Source: Emiliania huxleyi CCMP1516 (lineage: Eukaryota). From it: a DNA stretch of 64,000 nt. The notes under the pieces are model-generated. The model saw only the letters and a list, made by a program, of their open reading frames with translations. It did not search any database and was not told the DNA's origin. Below are positions 1 through 11,327 of this stretch, piece by piece (the first letter of the stretch is position 1; each line of letters begins with the position of its first letter). The DNA is taken from contig NW_005201286.1 in the NCBI RefSeq assembly GCF_000372725.1, forward strand, positions 124,001 to 188,000. Reading direction: 5' to 3'. Both the position numbers and the translations under genes were made by a program.

Positions 1-1
1 A

Positions 2-577
2 TGCCACCGCGGAGCGCGCGCCCCGATAGTAGCCGCCGCGCACGAACGGCCGCTCTGAGGCTGTCGGAGGAACTTCACTGATGCCGACCTCGGCGTCGGT
101 GTAACCTGGCGTCGTCTCGTCGGGAACGATGTGCCCGCAGCGCTGACACTGGTTGGGGACGTACTCTGTCATCGGGTGGGCGATGACGTATGACCACAGC
201 TGCTCGCGCGAATCGCCGGAGAGCGTCTTCAGACGACTCAGACAATCACGCCAGGTCGTCGGCGAGAGGCCTCCGTACTGTTTAAGGCAGCGCGAACGCA
301 TCGCCTCTGGCAGCGCAATGTCCAGTCCAGCCTCCACATCTCCAAAACCATTGCTCTTGTCGAGGACAGCGTGCACCTTTCTTCGGAGCAGGGCGCGGCC
401 GATCGTGCGCGCTGTGTCTGGTGTGCGCCCACCGAGTCCCATCTCGAGCGTCTCGAGCGCTGGAGCCGTCAGGTGCGCAAAGGTGCGCTCGAGAGCCGTG
501 GCGTCCTTCACGTGCAGCGCGGACAGCGTGGCGTCCTTCACGTGCAGCGCGGAGAGCGCGGAGGTGCTGCAGAACAT
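2..577 (-). CDS. 5' part of a gene running off the window edge; CxxC region loosely like the zinc-binding part of peptide:N-glycanase/transglutaminase-like proteins
   Basis: Own translation from the ATG at 577 is open to position 2 (MFCSTSALSALHVKDAT...EYVPNQCQRCGHIVPDE...PPTASERPFVRGG). Absent from the ORF track because there is no stop in the window. The product guess is weak. Confidence 0.55.
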   Translation of the reverse strand, partial: MFCSTSALSALHVKDATLSALHVKDATALERTFAHLTAPALETLEMGLGGRTPDTARTIGRALLRRKVHAVLDKSNGFGDVEAGLDIALPEAMRSRCLKQYGGLSPTTWRDCLSRLKTLSGDSREQLWSYVIAHPMTEYVPNQCQRCGHIVPDETTPGYTDAEVGISEVPPTASERPFVRGGYYRGARSAVA

Positions 578-696
578 TGGACGGGACTGAGGAAAAAAAA
601 GTCGCGGCGCCGAGCAGAGGGGAGGGGGTCGAAGCAGGCTGGGCGTACGGGGTAGCCGCCACTTTCCTGCCTCACAAGGACCCTCTACCTCCACCA

Positions 697-1140
697 CACC
701 GCCGCCGCCGCCGCTCACGCCGCCGCCGCCCTCCAGCCTCCCCCACGGCCACGCCGCTGCCAGCCCCCACCTCCACCACGCCGCCGCCGCCGCCGCTCAC
801 GCCGCCGCCGCCCTCCAGCCTCCCCCACGGCCACGCCGCTGCCAGCCCCCACCTCCACCACGCCGCCGCCGCCGCCGCTCACGCCGCCGCCGCCCTCCAG
901 CCTCGCCCACGCCTCCGCCGCCCACCACCTCCACCACCCCGCCGGCACTGCCGCCCACACCTCCGCCGCCCTCCTCCTCCCCCTTGCCTCCGCCACCCTC
1001 ACGCTGCCTCCCCCGCCGCCACCCTCCCCTTCGCTTCCCCTCTCCACCACCGCCCCCCTACCCCACCCCTCGCCCTCCCCCCCGCCCTCCCCCCCGCCCT
1101 CCCGAACCACCCACCGCCGGCCCATGTCGACTTCCGCCAT
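697..1140. repeat. C-rich low-complexity tract with an ~82-bp tandem unit (about 2.5 copies)
   Basis: ctccagcctc recurs at 731, 813 and 895; (ccg)n runs. Confidence 0.75.
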
Positions 1141-1446
1141 CCCCCTTCCCGCCCCTACGCCTTCGCCATGGAAGGGTCGGTGCGTGTCGACGTGACCTCC
1201 TGGAACACCCGTACCCCCGCACCATCTCCGTCGCTTGGTTGCTTAACCTTGCCACCACCGGGAGCGGCCAGGTCCCAGGACTCATAGACTCGGTCGAGAG
1301 ACCCCAGATTGGCATCCATGCCTCTCTGGACAGGGTGGCCCGCCACAAGGACCCCAGGAATTGCGACTCGCCGCTTTTCCCGCTGTGATTCTGTGTGAGC
1401 TCTGTGTCTTGATTTGCCAACAACAAACCTACAACAAGGGCGGGGC

Positions 1447-1650
1447 CGCTGTCCCGGAAAATGAGAGAAGAAGCGCAAATCACTCTGTGTGACACATTTC
1501 TTGTTGGCTTCTAAAAATGAGAAACGCCGGGCAGCGTGGTGCACAACGAAACCTCCCATACGTGTTTGTCTCCTCCTTTCCTCGGGCTGTTCCATCTCCT
1601 CGTCTCTTTCCCACCTAGGCGGGGCGGGGGTCGGGGGGGCGGCGGGCGCG
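1447..1650 (+). repeat. Dispersed repeat, second copy at ~30427-30575
   Basis: gctgtcccggaaa, tgagaaacgccgggcagcgtg..gcacaac, cctcccatac and catctcctc.tctctttccc are shared between the two loci. Confidence 0.8.
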
Positions 1651-1709
1651 GGGTGGTGAGGGCTTAAAAAAGAAAAACGAGTGGCCTCCGTGCACTGACG
1701 GTCGGCCAG

Positions 1710-2003
1710 AAAACACGCTTCGAGGAGTTCGGCGCAATGAGCGCGGGGGTGGAGGAGCTGCTGATGCGGGTGGCTGAGGTGGCGGGCCGGAAGCTCACGT
1801 GGTGGCAGTACGACCAGACGTCGTGGTCGGCGCGCGAATGGATGCCGTTTGCGCTGCAGCGACTGTCGGTGCAGCTCTGGGTGGCGCTCGCGGACGAGGC
1901 ACAGCGCGCCATTGGTGCGGCGTCGCGCGACCGCGAGGGACCGCGGGGGAATGCTAGTGGGATGGGGGGCTCTGAGGGGAAGGGAGCGGGGGGCGCCCAG
2001 TAG
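1710..2003 (+). mobile_element. Probable 3'-terminal fragment of an RLE-type non-LTR retrotransposon ORF
   Basis: FEEFGAMSAGVEELLMRVA...FALQRLSVQLW resembles the E-x-F-G...QRLSV tail after the restriction-like endonuclease of CRE/NeSL/R2-type elements. Pattern recognition only. Confidence 0.45.
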
Positions 2004-2172
2004 GGCGCCGGCACCCCAGCGTAGAGGGCGTCGTGTAGCCCTCCTTTTGGTATGTCTATTAAAACACGCCCTCCGTGGCTCGGGTTACACCAATCCTCGC
2101 TACCCAACGCGGCCAAAGGATATCCACCTCGAGAACCTCGAGAGTGTGCATTGGCTGTCCAATTCGCGATCG

Positions 2173-3360
2173 ATGAGCGTGTGCGGCTGGGCTGTCCTGG
2201 CGGTGGCCGTGGCCCTCGGGTACCTCGTGCAGGCCAACCTCGGGACGCTCGCGTACGGCAAGGAGCTCGGCTTCGCGGCGGCGGAGGCCTGCGCTTTGCA
2301 CCAGCTCCCGACGCCTTGCGAGGACCTCACGGCCTTCCGGCCCGGGGCGCTGTTTGCCGGCGGCGGGGATCTCTGGAGCACCTTTGCCCTCGGATCGGAG
2401 CAGGCCGTGGCCGGCGCCATCTACCTCGTGGAGGGCACCAAGGTCACGCCGCTGCCGATCCTCGGCGAGCCGCCGAAGCTCGTGCTCCACGGGATCTACT
2501 TCTCGGCCAGGAGCCGCCGACTCTACGGCGTGAACCACGACGAGGCTACGGGCGAGTCGATCGAGGTCTTTGACGTGCTCGAAGAAGACGGCGTCTCGCT
2601 CAAGCACGCGGGGTCGATCCGGTCGCCGCTCTTCGCCAACTTCGCGCTCAATGACGTCGTCGAGGGCGCGGGAAAGGACGAGGTCTACGTCACCGAGTGG
2701 CAGGCGGCGGCCTTCCCTGCTGGCGGCAAGCGCGGCCTCAGCAGCGCTCCGCTCGAGCTCAGGCTCAAGCGGGCCCTCAGCTCGCCGCTCACCTTTTTCA
2801 AAGTCCCGCTCACGCGGGTCTTCCGCTGCACCGTCAGTACGCAGCGGTGCAGCGTCGCGAGCTCCGCGCGCTTCGTCGGCGCGAACGGCATCGCGATTTC
2901 GGACGACCGGCACACGGTCTTCGTGAACGATGCGCCGGCGCAGCGGCTCACGGTGCTGGCGCGCCAGCCTGACGGCTCGTTGGAGGAGGTGTCGTCCTTC
3001 GGGCTCAAGCACATCGTGGACAACCTCGAGATGACGGCGGACGGCGCGCTGCACGCTGGGACCATCCCCTTCCCGTACGCCTCCGCGAGCGTGTGCCAGG
3101 AGGCGCCGGCACTGAGCGCGTCCAAGGTCGTCAGCGGCCGGCCGGTCAGCTGCGGCGCCCAGCCCGGAGGCCTCCTTGAGATCGGGCTGCTCGGCACCGG
3201 CGAGAGCGCGAGAGGCAAGTCGTTCGTCGATGGCCGCCAGACGGACATCTTGACGCACGACGGCACGGCGCTCGACGGCGTCTCCAGTGCGCTCCGCGTC
3301 GGCGCCAAAGTCGTCCTCGGATCGCCGCACGCCAAGGGCCTCCTCTTCTGTGACGCCTGA
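2173..3360 (+). CDS. Paraoxonase/arylesterase-like six-bladed beta-propeller (SMP-30/strictosidine synthase-like superfamily) with N-terminal signal anchor
   Basis: Hydrophobic N-terminus; PCEDL, LHGI, VNH...SIEVF, LNDVV, GANGIAIS and VDNL motifs typical of PON; single exon. Confidence 0.85.
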   Translation: MSVCGWAVLAVAVALGYLVQANLGTLAYGKELGFAAAEACALHQLPTPCEDLTAFRPGALFAGGGDLWSTFALGSEQAVAGAIYLVEGTKVTPLPILGEPPKLVLHGIYFSARSRRLYGVNHDEATGESIEVFDVLEEDGVSLKHAGSIRSPLFANFALNDVVEGAGKDEVYVTEWQAAAFPAGGKRGLSSAPLELRLKRALSSPLTFFKVPLTRVFRCTVSTQRCSVASSARFVGANGIAISDDRHTVFVNDAPAQRLTVLARQPDGSLEEVSSFGLKHIVDNLEMTADGALHAGTIPFPYASASVCQEAPALSASKVVSGRPVSCGAQPGGLLEIGLLGTGESARGKSFVDGRQTDILTHDGTALDGVSSALRVGAKVVLGSPHAKGLLFCDA

Positions 3361-3391
3361 CCTCAAACGCTCACCGGCGGAAGACGGGATA

Positions 3392-4175
3392 GTCGACACC
3401 AGAAGGGGGTCGTAGGACGTTCTCAAGAGAAGACGACGTTATCGTGGACGGCCGCAATCACAGTGCTCATGTGGAGGGTACACAGTTGACGGACGACGAT
3501 CCGGGGACGCGCCCGCCACGACTTCGCCACACAGACGGCGGCTCTCCCGCGCCTCGCCGCTAAGACGGGTACACGACCGCGGCTCGTGTGCGTGTAGCCG
3601 TCTTTGTCCGGACTGAAAAGTCCAACGCACTCGTCGGTAACGGCGTCCCCGGATTTCGCCAAGCTCGGCGAACCTCGACAGCGGCACAGCGCCTTCTCGG
3701 TGGCATGCATCTCTTTGCGACTGAACCCCCTGGAGTGCAGCTCCTCTGCTGCTCACACGCTCTGCACAGATGGCACAGCCTACTGTGCGGCTGCCACAGC
3801 TGTGACAGCGATGGGCTCGCCCTCACTGGCCCTCAGTCACTTGTGCTGCGGCTTGTGTGAGCGACAAACTGCTCGGCGACTGCCGGCACACTGTGAGACC
3901 GTGGCTGGGAGGTAAAACCACAGTACCAGCGCTTGGTCACATCGGGGCCCCGAGGTCAGATCCATCTCCTCTGTTGATGACAAGACTTGTCTACTGGCTG
4001 GAGCCGAGCAGGAGGGCCCGGCGCACAACCCCTGGTCAACTCACCGCCTCCACACCCCGTACGGTAGGCGGGACCGGGAGAAGGCTAGGAGGTTAGGGAG
4101 AGAGAGTGCCTGAGGCGGGCTTTGGGCGGCCCGACGTCCCCCCCCTCGACTTAGTCGAGTAACGACGTAGTCGTA
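3392..4175 (-). mobile_element. LTR-related copy with adjacent PPT, interrupted by ~600 bp of unrelated sequence
   Basis: Both ends (3392-3466 and 4077-4170) match the LTR/PPT at 30020-30230, including caccagaagggggt, tcgtggacggccgcaatcacagtg and ccgacgtccccccccctcgacttagtcgagtaacgac. Confidence 0.75.
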
Positions 4176-4176
4176 A

Positions 4177-4272
4177 GGAGCACTTGGAGTGCAGTCATCA
4201 ACCTCACGCCCAGGACCGGGGAGCTAAGTAAGAAGCGCACCCAGTTGGCCAGACGCTCGGCATCGGGTTACG
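4177..4272 (+). repeat. Dispersed repeat, second copy at ~47667-47760
   Basis: ggagcacttggagtgcagtcatcaacc...ccggggagct...aagaagcgcacccag...ggcatcgggtt occurs at both loci. Confidence 0.85.
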
Positions 4273-5543
4273 ATAAAAGATCAAGAATTCTTTCCCTTCT
4301 TTTTCCCCGCCTCCCAACGGGATCCTCGTAGGAGCCTAGAAATCCGTTGCCACACGCGCTCGAACACCCTTGAACCCAGTTGAGTTTCCAGCGCAGCACA
4401 CGAGCACCAGGCCCTCCAAGTCGGCGGTGGCCTGTGCTTGGGCGAGGTCCATGAACGTATTCTTGCATTTTTGCTCCCGGCTAAGGGAGCAAGCAAGCCC
4501 ACTCAACCCCAAGTACTCACCGTTTTACAGTGGTGTTTTTGTCGCAGAGGCTGCAGCCTCTGCTGGGGCGGAATGCGCGGGGTTTTCGGCGCGATGCCCT
4601 CGGCGAGTACACGCTACAGCTGTGCCGCACGCTCTCCTGCGCGCGCGTGACGTGTGGGACGCGTGCGCTGCGCTCAAACGTCGCGATTTGGCAATAGGCG
4701 CTCGAGCCGGCGCACAGCGGGCGATTGCGCCGCGCAGGGGGGGTCGGAGGGGTGCGAGAGGGGGCGTGGGTCGGGCGCGCACCGGCTGGCTCCGGGAGCG
4801 GCCGTCACGTCGAGGAGTGGGGCTGTCGGCGGCTCGAGCGCCGAGGCGTGCCGCTCTGCTGCGCCGCCGACAGCCCCTCTTCCGAGCCGGCGCGTGGAGG
4901 CGAGCCGCGGCCGGTGTCGCTGGTGCGGGGGCGGCGCAGCGTTTATCCCCCCCCCCCCCCGCGCCCGCCCGCCCGCCCGCCCGCCCTCAGGCCTTGCCCC
5001 TCCGCAGGCGCGGGAGCGCTCGCCGGCGAGCACCTCCTACCTCTCGTCGCCCGGCTGCTCCCTTCCCCCGTCACCCGCCGCGCCCTCGCCCGGCCGCCTC
5101 ACCGCGCACGGAGCGCTCGGCTGCTCGCCGCCGCCGCCGCGCGTCCCGCGCCGCCACGCTTGCCCCCTCTCCTGACGCGCACCCCGCGCAGACGGCGCTC
5201 CGGGATAGACGGAGCAGCGACCGCGCGCGCGGTCGCTGCTCCGCCCCTCCGTCGCGCGCGCCGCGCGCGCGCGCTCTGCCGCCGCTGCCGCCGCGCCCCC
5301 CTCGCCGTCTGTTTCCCGCCGTACTCGAGTATGGTGTGCGGTGCGCGCACGCGCAGCGCGCACACAGCAGCACCTCCCCACACCCCACCCACCCCGTCGC
5401 GCCGCCGCCGCCGCCCCCGCCGCCGCCGCCGCCCCCGCTGTAGCGTTTGGGGGGGCGACTGGCGACGACGGCAAAAATGCAAGCCCCGCCCCTGGCCACT
5501 GTTAAAGAAAAGCACCCCGGATAAAAAACTCGGCGAAACAAAC

Positions 5544-7228
5544 ATGTCCGACCTCGGAAAGCTGCCTGGCGTCGCCGAGGCGACCTCGACCACTGAGGAG
5601 CCCAAGCCGATGTACCACAGGGACCCTTCGGACTGGGACCGGCCTGCGGTCCCGGTCACCAAGGCGTACAAGAACGAGGCGTTCCTCTCCTCCTCGCACG
5701 CGCGGCACCTGCGCATCCTGTGCGAGTACGAGGAGACGATGCAGCGGCTCCGCGCCAACGGCATACGCGCCACAATAATGTTCTTCGGCTCCGCCCGCTC
5801 CAAGGACCGCGCTCAGTACGACGACGCCCTCGCCAAGAGCCGGAAGGCGGTGGCGGAGGCGCCCGACGGGTCAAGCGAGCAGGCGCTCGCACGCGGGACG
5901 CTCGAGCGGCTGCAAAAGTCAGAGTGGATGTGCGAGTACATGGAGAAGATCCGGCAGCTCGCGCAGCGCGTGACGGAGTGGTCGATCAAGACAAAGTACT
6001 CGCTCGCCAACCAGGTCTCGGGCGTCTCGCGCGCGACCACGGCGCGGCTGATCGAGGAGGGGCGCAAGTCGCCAGCCGGGGGGCGCAAGTCAGCCTACCT
6101 GCCGCACTCGACCGACGACGCCTACCCGCGCCCGGCGGACGCGCCCGGCATCTACGTGTGTACCGGTGGCGGGCCGGGCTTCATGGAGGCGGCCAACCGC
6201 GGCGCGCATGACGCGGGCGGCAAGTCGGTCGGGATGGGGATCACGCTGCCGTTCGAGACGGGGCTCAACCCGTACGTCACGCCGGAGCTGGCCTTCGAGT
6301 TCCACTACTTCTTCACGCGCAAGTTCTCGATGGCCTACCACATGCAGGCGCTCGTGGTTGCGCCCGGCGGCTTTGGCACCTTCGACGAGCTCTTCGAGCT
6401 GATGACGCTCAAGCAGACCGGCAAGATGCAGTCGGGGCTGCCGGTGGTGCTCTTCGGAAAGCAGTTCTGGCAGGAGGTGGTCAACTGGCAGGCGCCGCGC
6501 AGAGATGCGCAGAGATGCGCAGAGATGCGCAGAGATGCGCAGAGATGCGCAGAGATGCGCAGAGAGCTGGCGAGCCCTGCTTCCCTGTCGAAAGCCCTCG
6601 CCTCGCCTCTCGACCGAGGACTCGACGCAAAAGGAGGAGGTGCCGAGTTGAGTGCCCGTCAGGCGCTCGCCGTCGGAACATCTCGCAACCTCTCGCCATC
6701 TCTCGCCACCTCTCCCCACCTCTCCCCACCTCTCGCCACCTCTCGCCACCTCTCGCCACCTCTCGCCACCTCTCGCCGTATCTCGTCAGGCGCTCGCCGA
6801 CTCGGGCACCATCAACCAGCGCGACGTCGACGAGCTGCTCTTCACCGACGACGTGGACGAGGCCTTCGCGTTCCTGACCTCGCACCTGCAGGCCAAAAGA
6901 GAGAAGACACGTCGCGACGAGCCCCCCCCCCCCACCGAGGCTAGAGACAGGACCCACTTGTCACCGGCCGATGGGTCTGCCCCCCCGCCGCCACTCGCCC
7001 TGCCAAGGGAAGCACGCCGAGACCGCACACGCACGCACGCACACGTGCACCGGACGACCCTGCACCGTTCAATGCCACGGGGCGTGGAGACGCGCCGGCG
7101 CCGGCCGCACTAGCGTGGGGAGGAGGTTGGCTCACCGCACTGTCCTTCCCCCGCAGGCGACCTCGACGCCCCACTTTGCAGAGTGCGGGCTGCCGCCCGG
7201 CATGGACCTGAGGCACACGACTAGCTGA
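5544..7228 (+). CDS. LOG-family (TIGR00730-like) nucleotide phosphoribohydrolase; predicted exons 5544-6491, 6790-6891, 7157-7228
   Basis: FFGSAR, TGGGPGFMEAANRGA, FHYFFTRK and PGGFGTFDE motifs; two predicted GC-AG introns restore the frame. Confidence 0.9.
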
Positions 7229-7869
7229 AGGCCGCCCCGACGCCCCTACGGCCTCTACGGCCGACGCGCCGATGCACGACCGGCCTCCGTCAGACGGCTC
7301 TCCGGCTGCCGAAGAGTCGCTTCCCTTCGAGCCTTATCCTCCTCGGTGCGGCGCGGGCACTGTACCCTCTTTCGACATCCGAGCCCCTCCCCCTTCCCGC
7401 ATCGGTCGGCGTCTCTCCATGCAGCGGTGACTCGGGGCCGGGCGCGTGCCAGGTGCATGCAGGATGCACAGCATCTGGGGCACGCGCTGGTAGACGCTAT
7501 TTGTACTCTCTGTTTTTTTGTACATGGATGCACCGCGCTCGTCGTATGTGATACGATATCGCGACTGGATCTCGGGGCGGTCGGCCACGCAGCTCTCGCG
7601 CCCCCCGACTGCCCGCCCGACACCGCTCTTGGGGGTTGAGCCGCGCTTGAGGGTTCACTTGTGGGCCCGGCCGCTGCTAGAGGGTCCGCAGCGTCCTAAT
7701 CTAAAATCTGAGGATTCGGGATTGAGGCATCGCTTCAGTGAGGCCAAAGTGAGTTTATGGATGGGTGAGAACGATGCGCGACACGAGGAGGCACGCGGAC
7801 CGACTCGTCGGCGACTCTGCTGCACGCCGTTTCAGAATATTTTTCTCAGCGTGAGCGCGAGACGTGGAA

Positions 7870-7985
7870 GAATGCGACAAAGCGCCGACGTGGGTCTCGA
7901 CCGAGGGGACAGGTGTGCCATGGCTGCACGTCCAGTTCGACCGGAGGCCAAAGTACTTCCACCACGAGCCGTTCCGCCGGAGGCC
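7870..7985 (+). pseudogene. Isolated fragment with a conserved WxSTxGxGVxWLH...PKY motif of an uncharacterised family
   Basis: PTWVSTEGTGVPWLHVQFDRRPKYFHHEPF; no convincing upstream exon found. Confidence 0.5.
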
Positions 7986-9633
7986 GCCGAAGCCCGACGC
8001 GCCCCGCCGCCGCATGGCGGGCAAGGGGCATCTGAGCGGGAGAGCGGCAGGCAGGGTGGGCGGCGGGGGGGGCGGGCGGGGCGGGGCTCGAACTTCCGGC
8101 CCGCACACCCAGGAATCAAAAAGCCTTGTGCGTGTTTAGAGCTCGATCTCTCTCGCTGCACAGCGACTGTGGGGCCCCAGATGACTCGCGCCTGACGATT
8201 GCCTCGTTGGTCATGTGATATACAGCAGACAGCACTGAGCGAACGAAAATTCTTTTTATCTTCGCACATGCCCCATGTGCCGATTGCCGTACCTCGCTCG
8301 TGAAAAAAAACTGTTCAGTTTTCAAAGGCAAAACACAACGCTCTGCGGTTGGTGCACCCCTCACACTGACACATTCCCCTCATCCCCGACCCTTGGCTGA
8401 GCACATCTACCTGCGAGCTAGCATCTCCGCATTTTCTCTTCCAGTCATCCGCCCGCGCCGCGCGCCATCACTGGGCGTCTAGTGCAGCCACTGACAGAGC
8501 TATTCCGAAGGAGTGGTCGACGCCTCGCCTAGAGTTCGGGTGGACTTGCGCACTGCTTAGCCCTGAGGGGGGAGTGTGTGTGAGGTGGTGTAATGTTGTC
8601 CCGTTTCAGGCGGCAGGTCAGGGGATTAGCCGGGAGGATTCGGCAGCTCAGCCAGGGGCTGAGCGTCTGCAGGCAGCCTTCCGCCCGCGCCGAAATTCAC
8701 AGCCCTCCCGGGCCGACGGGGTGCTCCTTGGATCGGGCCCCGCTCCCCGCTTTTCCTGTACCTGGACTGTCCGGGTTAGGAGGGTGAGAGTATTGGGTGG
8801 GCGAGGGCAGTACATCTGGCGGGTGGCGATTGAGGGACAGCGTGGGTTGATTGGGGGGTAATGGGCGCGCGGGCGGCGCTTCGTGGTCCTGGGCGAGCAG
8901 GGGAAGTGGTTAGGAGTCTTGGGGCCAGAGATGAGGATTGTCGAGATGTCATGCGAGAGCGGTGGGTGGGCGAAAGTAGCGCGGCTGGAGAGTGGTGTCC
9001 GAGGGACAATGGTGAGTTGTCAGTTGGGGCGCGAGACGCGCGGGAATCATACTGTGTAGGGTGCTGATTGTGAGCTGAGTGCATGGGTGTATGGGGTTCA
9101 GAAATTTGTGGCGTCGAGGTTTGTGCATTGGTGGCTGGCGTAGCGGTCAGAGGTTCGCATTCGGGCCGGTTGGCTGCGGGTTCGAGGCCGGGCGGGGGGG
9201 GAGGGGGGGGGCACACCTCACCCTCACCCCTCACCATCCTCAAATCCTCGAATCATCGAGATCATCGAGAGCGTCGTGAGCGTTGATTCCGTGCTGATTT
9301 TTGCGCGCGAGCGTCGCGATTTTTGGTCTGGTTGGTCCGTCGTGGCCGGTGCGCGGGAAACTCGCCGAAAACCCGCGCAGCCGGCCGATTGTACGACCGA
9401 GGTCGCTGAGCCTTGGCGACGCGGCGCGCGCGTCGCCAAGGAGTTCGTAAAATGTCAGAGTTTTTTTTGTACCTCGCTCGTGCGTCGTGGTCGGTCCCTG
9501 GTCGACCGGGAGACTAGCACACAGTCCACAGAGTGCCATAATGCACAGCCGGAGTGCCATAATGCGCACCGACTGTGTGCGCGGAGAGCCCGCCGGTGCG
9601 CCGCCCTACGCGCACGCTGACGCTCGAACACTC

Positions 9634-11244
9634 TCACCCAAGCCCGCTCCTCAGACCAGATCGAGAAGGCAGCGCAAGCTGCGGGTCGACCGACGCTTGC
9701 GCTGCCCGCATCGCCCGCGTGCGCTGCCGCTTGGCGTTGACGCGCTTCTGGCGCCAGAATGCGCTGTCGCCGTGCGCGTTGCAATGCGCTGGGTCGCCGC
9801 CCCGCCAGTGGCGGCACTCGGACACGCGCGCGTCGCAGATGAGGCAGTAGCAGTTGGGGCAAGCCGCCTCGTTGCCATCGACTGGCGCCGCGACCAGCCT
9901 CTCGGTTGCATGGAAGGGGTGGAGCGGGCAGAGCGCCCGCTGGTGCGGCAGGTGCTCGGGCAGCAAGCCTGTGCAGCATAGTGCTGCATTCGGTGAGACA
10001 GGGCATCTCATGGCGACTATCGACGGACGGGCGCCTGATGCAGCGGAGATCTGCACGTCGCCGCCTTCGAGCGTATCAGCGGCAGCGGCGGAGCTTTGAA
10101 GCGGCGGCGCCACCTCCTCCACCTCGTCCTCGCTCATCGCCGCCTCATCCGACGCCTCCGACTCCTCCTGCTCCACCTCCGCCTCCGCCTCCACCTCGTC
10201 GTCCTCCCCCGCCGCCTCTGGCTGCTGATCGGGCGGCAAGGGCGTAGCGTTGCTCGAGGAGGATGGCAGCGCGCCGCTACTGCTGCTGCTGCTGCCGCCG
10301 CCGCCGCCGCTGCTGCCGCCGCCGCCGCCGCTGCTGCTGCTGCCGCCGCGCCACCCGCCTCCGCCTCGCCTCTCCTCCTGCCCGGTGTCTGCCGCGCCTC
10401 GCGTCCGCTTCCCCAAGACGGCGCGCCCTCCGAATCTGCCCTTGCCAAAGTCGTACCGGAGCGGCGCAGTGTACTCGGCCGACAGCAAGGCTGCTCTCCG
10501 GAGTGCCATAGCCAGCGGAAGGAGGCCCGTGGCGGAGCGCGGCGATCCTGTGCTCGTGAGCACCCCGAGCAGCGAGCGGCACTCGCGCGCGTCCACATGC
10601 ACAAACTTGCCCGCGGAGAGCGAGGCGAGGGCGGTGTAGAAGCCGGGCTGGCCGTGCTTCGCGAGCTCGGGGCACAGCGGCTGCCCGATACCCCTATGCT
10701 TGCGCGTGAAGAGCCAGTAGATCTGCACCGCGTCGGCGACCGTGAGCGTGACCGGCGGAGCGGCGTACTTTTCAGGGTTGGACATCATGGCGCGGAGGCC
10801 CTCCACTGCCCGGCTTTTTGGGTCGAGCAGGGGCAGCGCCGCATCATCGGCGCCGTCGGCGCTGGAGAGCCCACCACCGCCGTCAAGAGACGACAGCACG
10901 TGGGCAGCTGAAGGGCTGCCCGCGGGCGGTGTTGGCGAGCATGCCTGCGCCGCCGAGGTTGTCAGCGAGGCCTCCTCACCGCCGCAGACAATCGCACAGG
11001 AGTGGGCGCAAACGGCGCAGCGCGAGGCCTCGCCGTCACCCTCGCCTCCGCCGCCGCAGACCGGCTCGACCACTCCGTCTGCCTCCGTCGCGGTGCTGGT
11101 CACTGTCGCGGTACCAATGAATTTGCCCATGCAAAAGTTGTAGAGGCGAGCGGCGAAGCCCTTAGTGCGGACTTCCTCTCTCATCATAAGCTTCGTGTGT
11201 GCGATCGACACGCGCGCTAACCCGACCCTGGGTTCCGGCTGCAT
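9634..11244 (-). CDS. Hypothetical protein with C-terminal Cys/His-rich domain like plant RIN13 (RPM1-interacting protein 13)
   Basis: LPHQRALCPLHPF...CPNCYCLICD...CRHW...HCNAH; acidic and Gly/Ser linkers. Start codon uncertain. Confidence 0.7.
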   Translation of the reverse strand: MQPEPRVGLARVSIAHTKLMMREEVRTKGFAARLYNFCMGKFIGTATVTSTATEADGVVEPVCGGGGEGDGEASRCAVCAHSCAIVCGGEEASLTTSAAQACSPTPPAGSPSAAHVLSSLDGGGGLSSADGADDAALPLLDPKSRAVEGLRAMMSNPEKYAAPPVTLTVADAVQIYWLFTRKHRGIGQPLCPELAKHGQPGFYTALASLSAGKFVHVDARECRSLLGVLTSTGSPRSATGLLPLAMALRRAALLSAEYTAPLRYDFGKGRFGGRAVLGKRTRGAADTGQEERRGGGGWRGGSSSSGGGGGSSGGGGGSSSSSSGALPSSSSNATPLPPDQQPEAAGEDDEVEAEAEVEQEESEASDEAAMSEDEVEEVAPPLQSSAAAADTLEGGDVQISAASGARPSIVAMRCPVSPNAALCCTGLLPEHLPHQRALCPLHPFHATERLVAAPVDGNEAACPNCYCLICDARVSECRHWRGGDPAHCNAHGDSAFWRQKRVNAKRQRTRAMRAAQASVDPQLALPSRSGLRSGLG

Positions 11245-11327
11245 ACAGGTAGGGGGTCTGTCCGTCTTGTTTGGCCCAAGACAGGCGTTTTTTGGACGGG
11301 CAGATCCTTCCACCCTTGATATTCAAT

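Noticed and set aside
4370..5543. N-terminal extension of the LOG ORF and overlapping ORFs
   Set aside because: Low complexity; the ATG at 5544 after an A-rich leader fits the family better.
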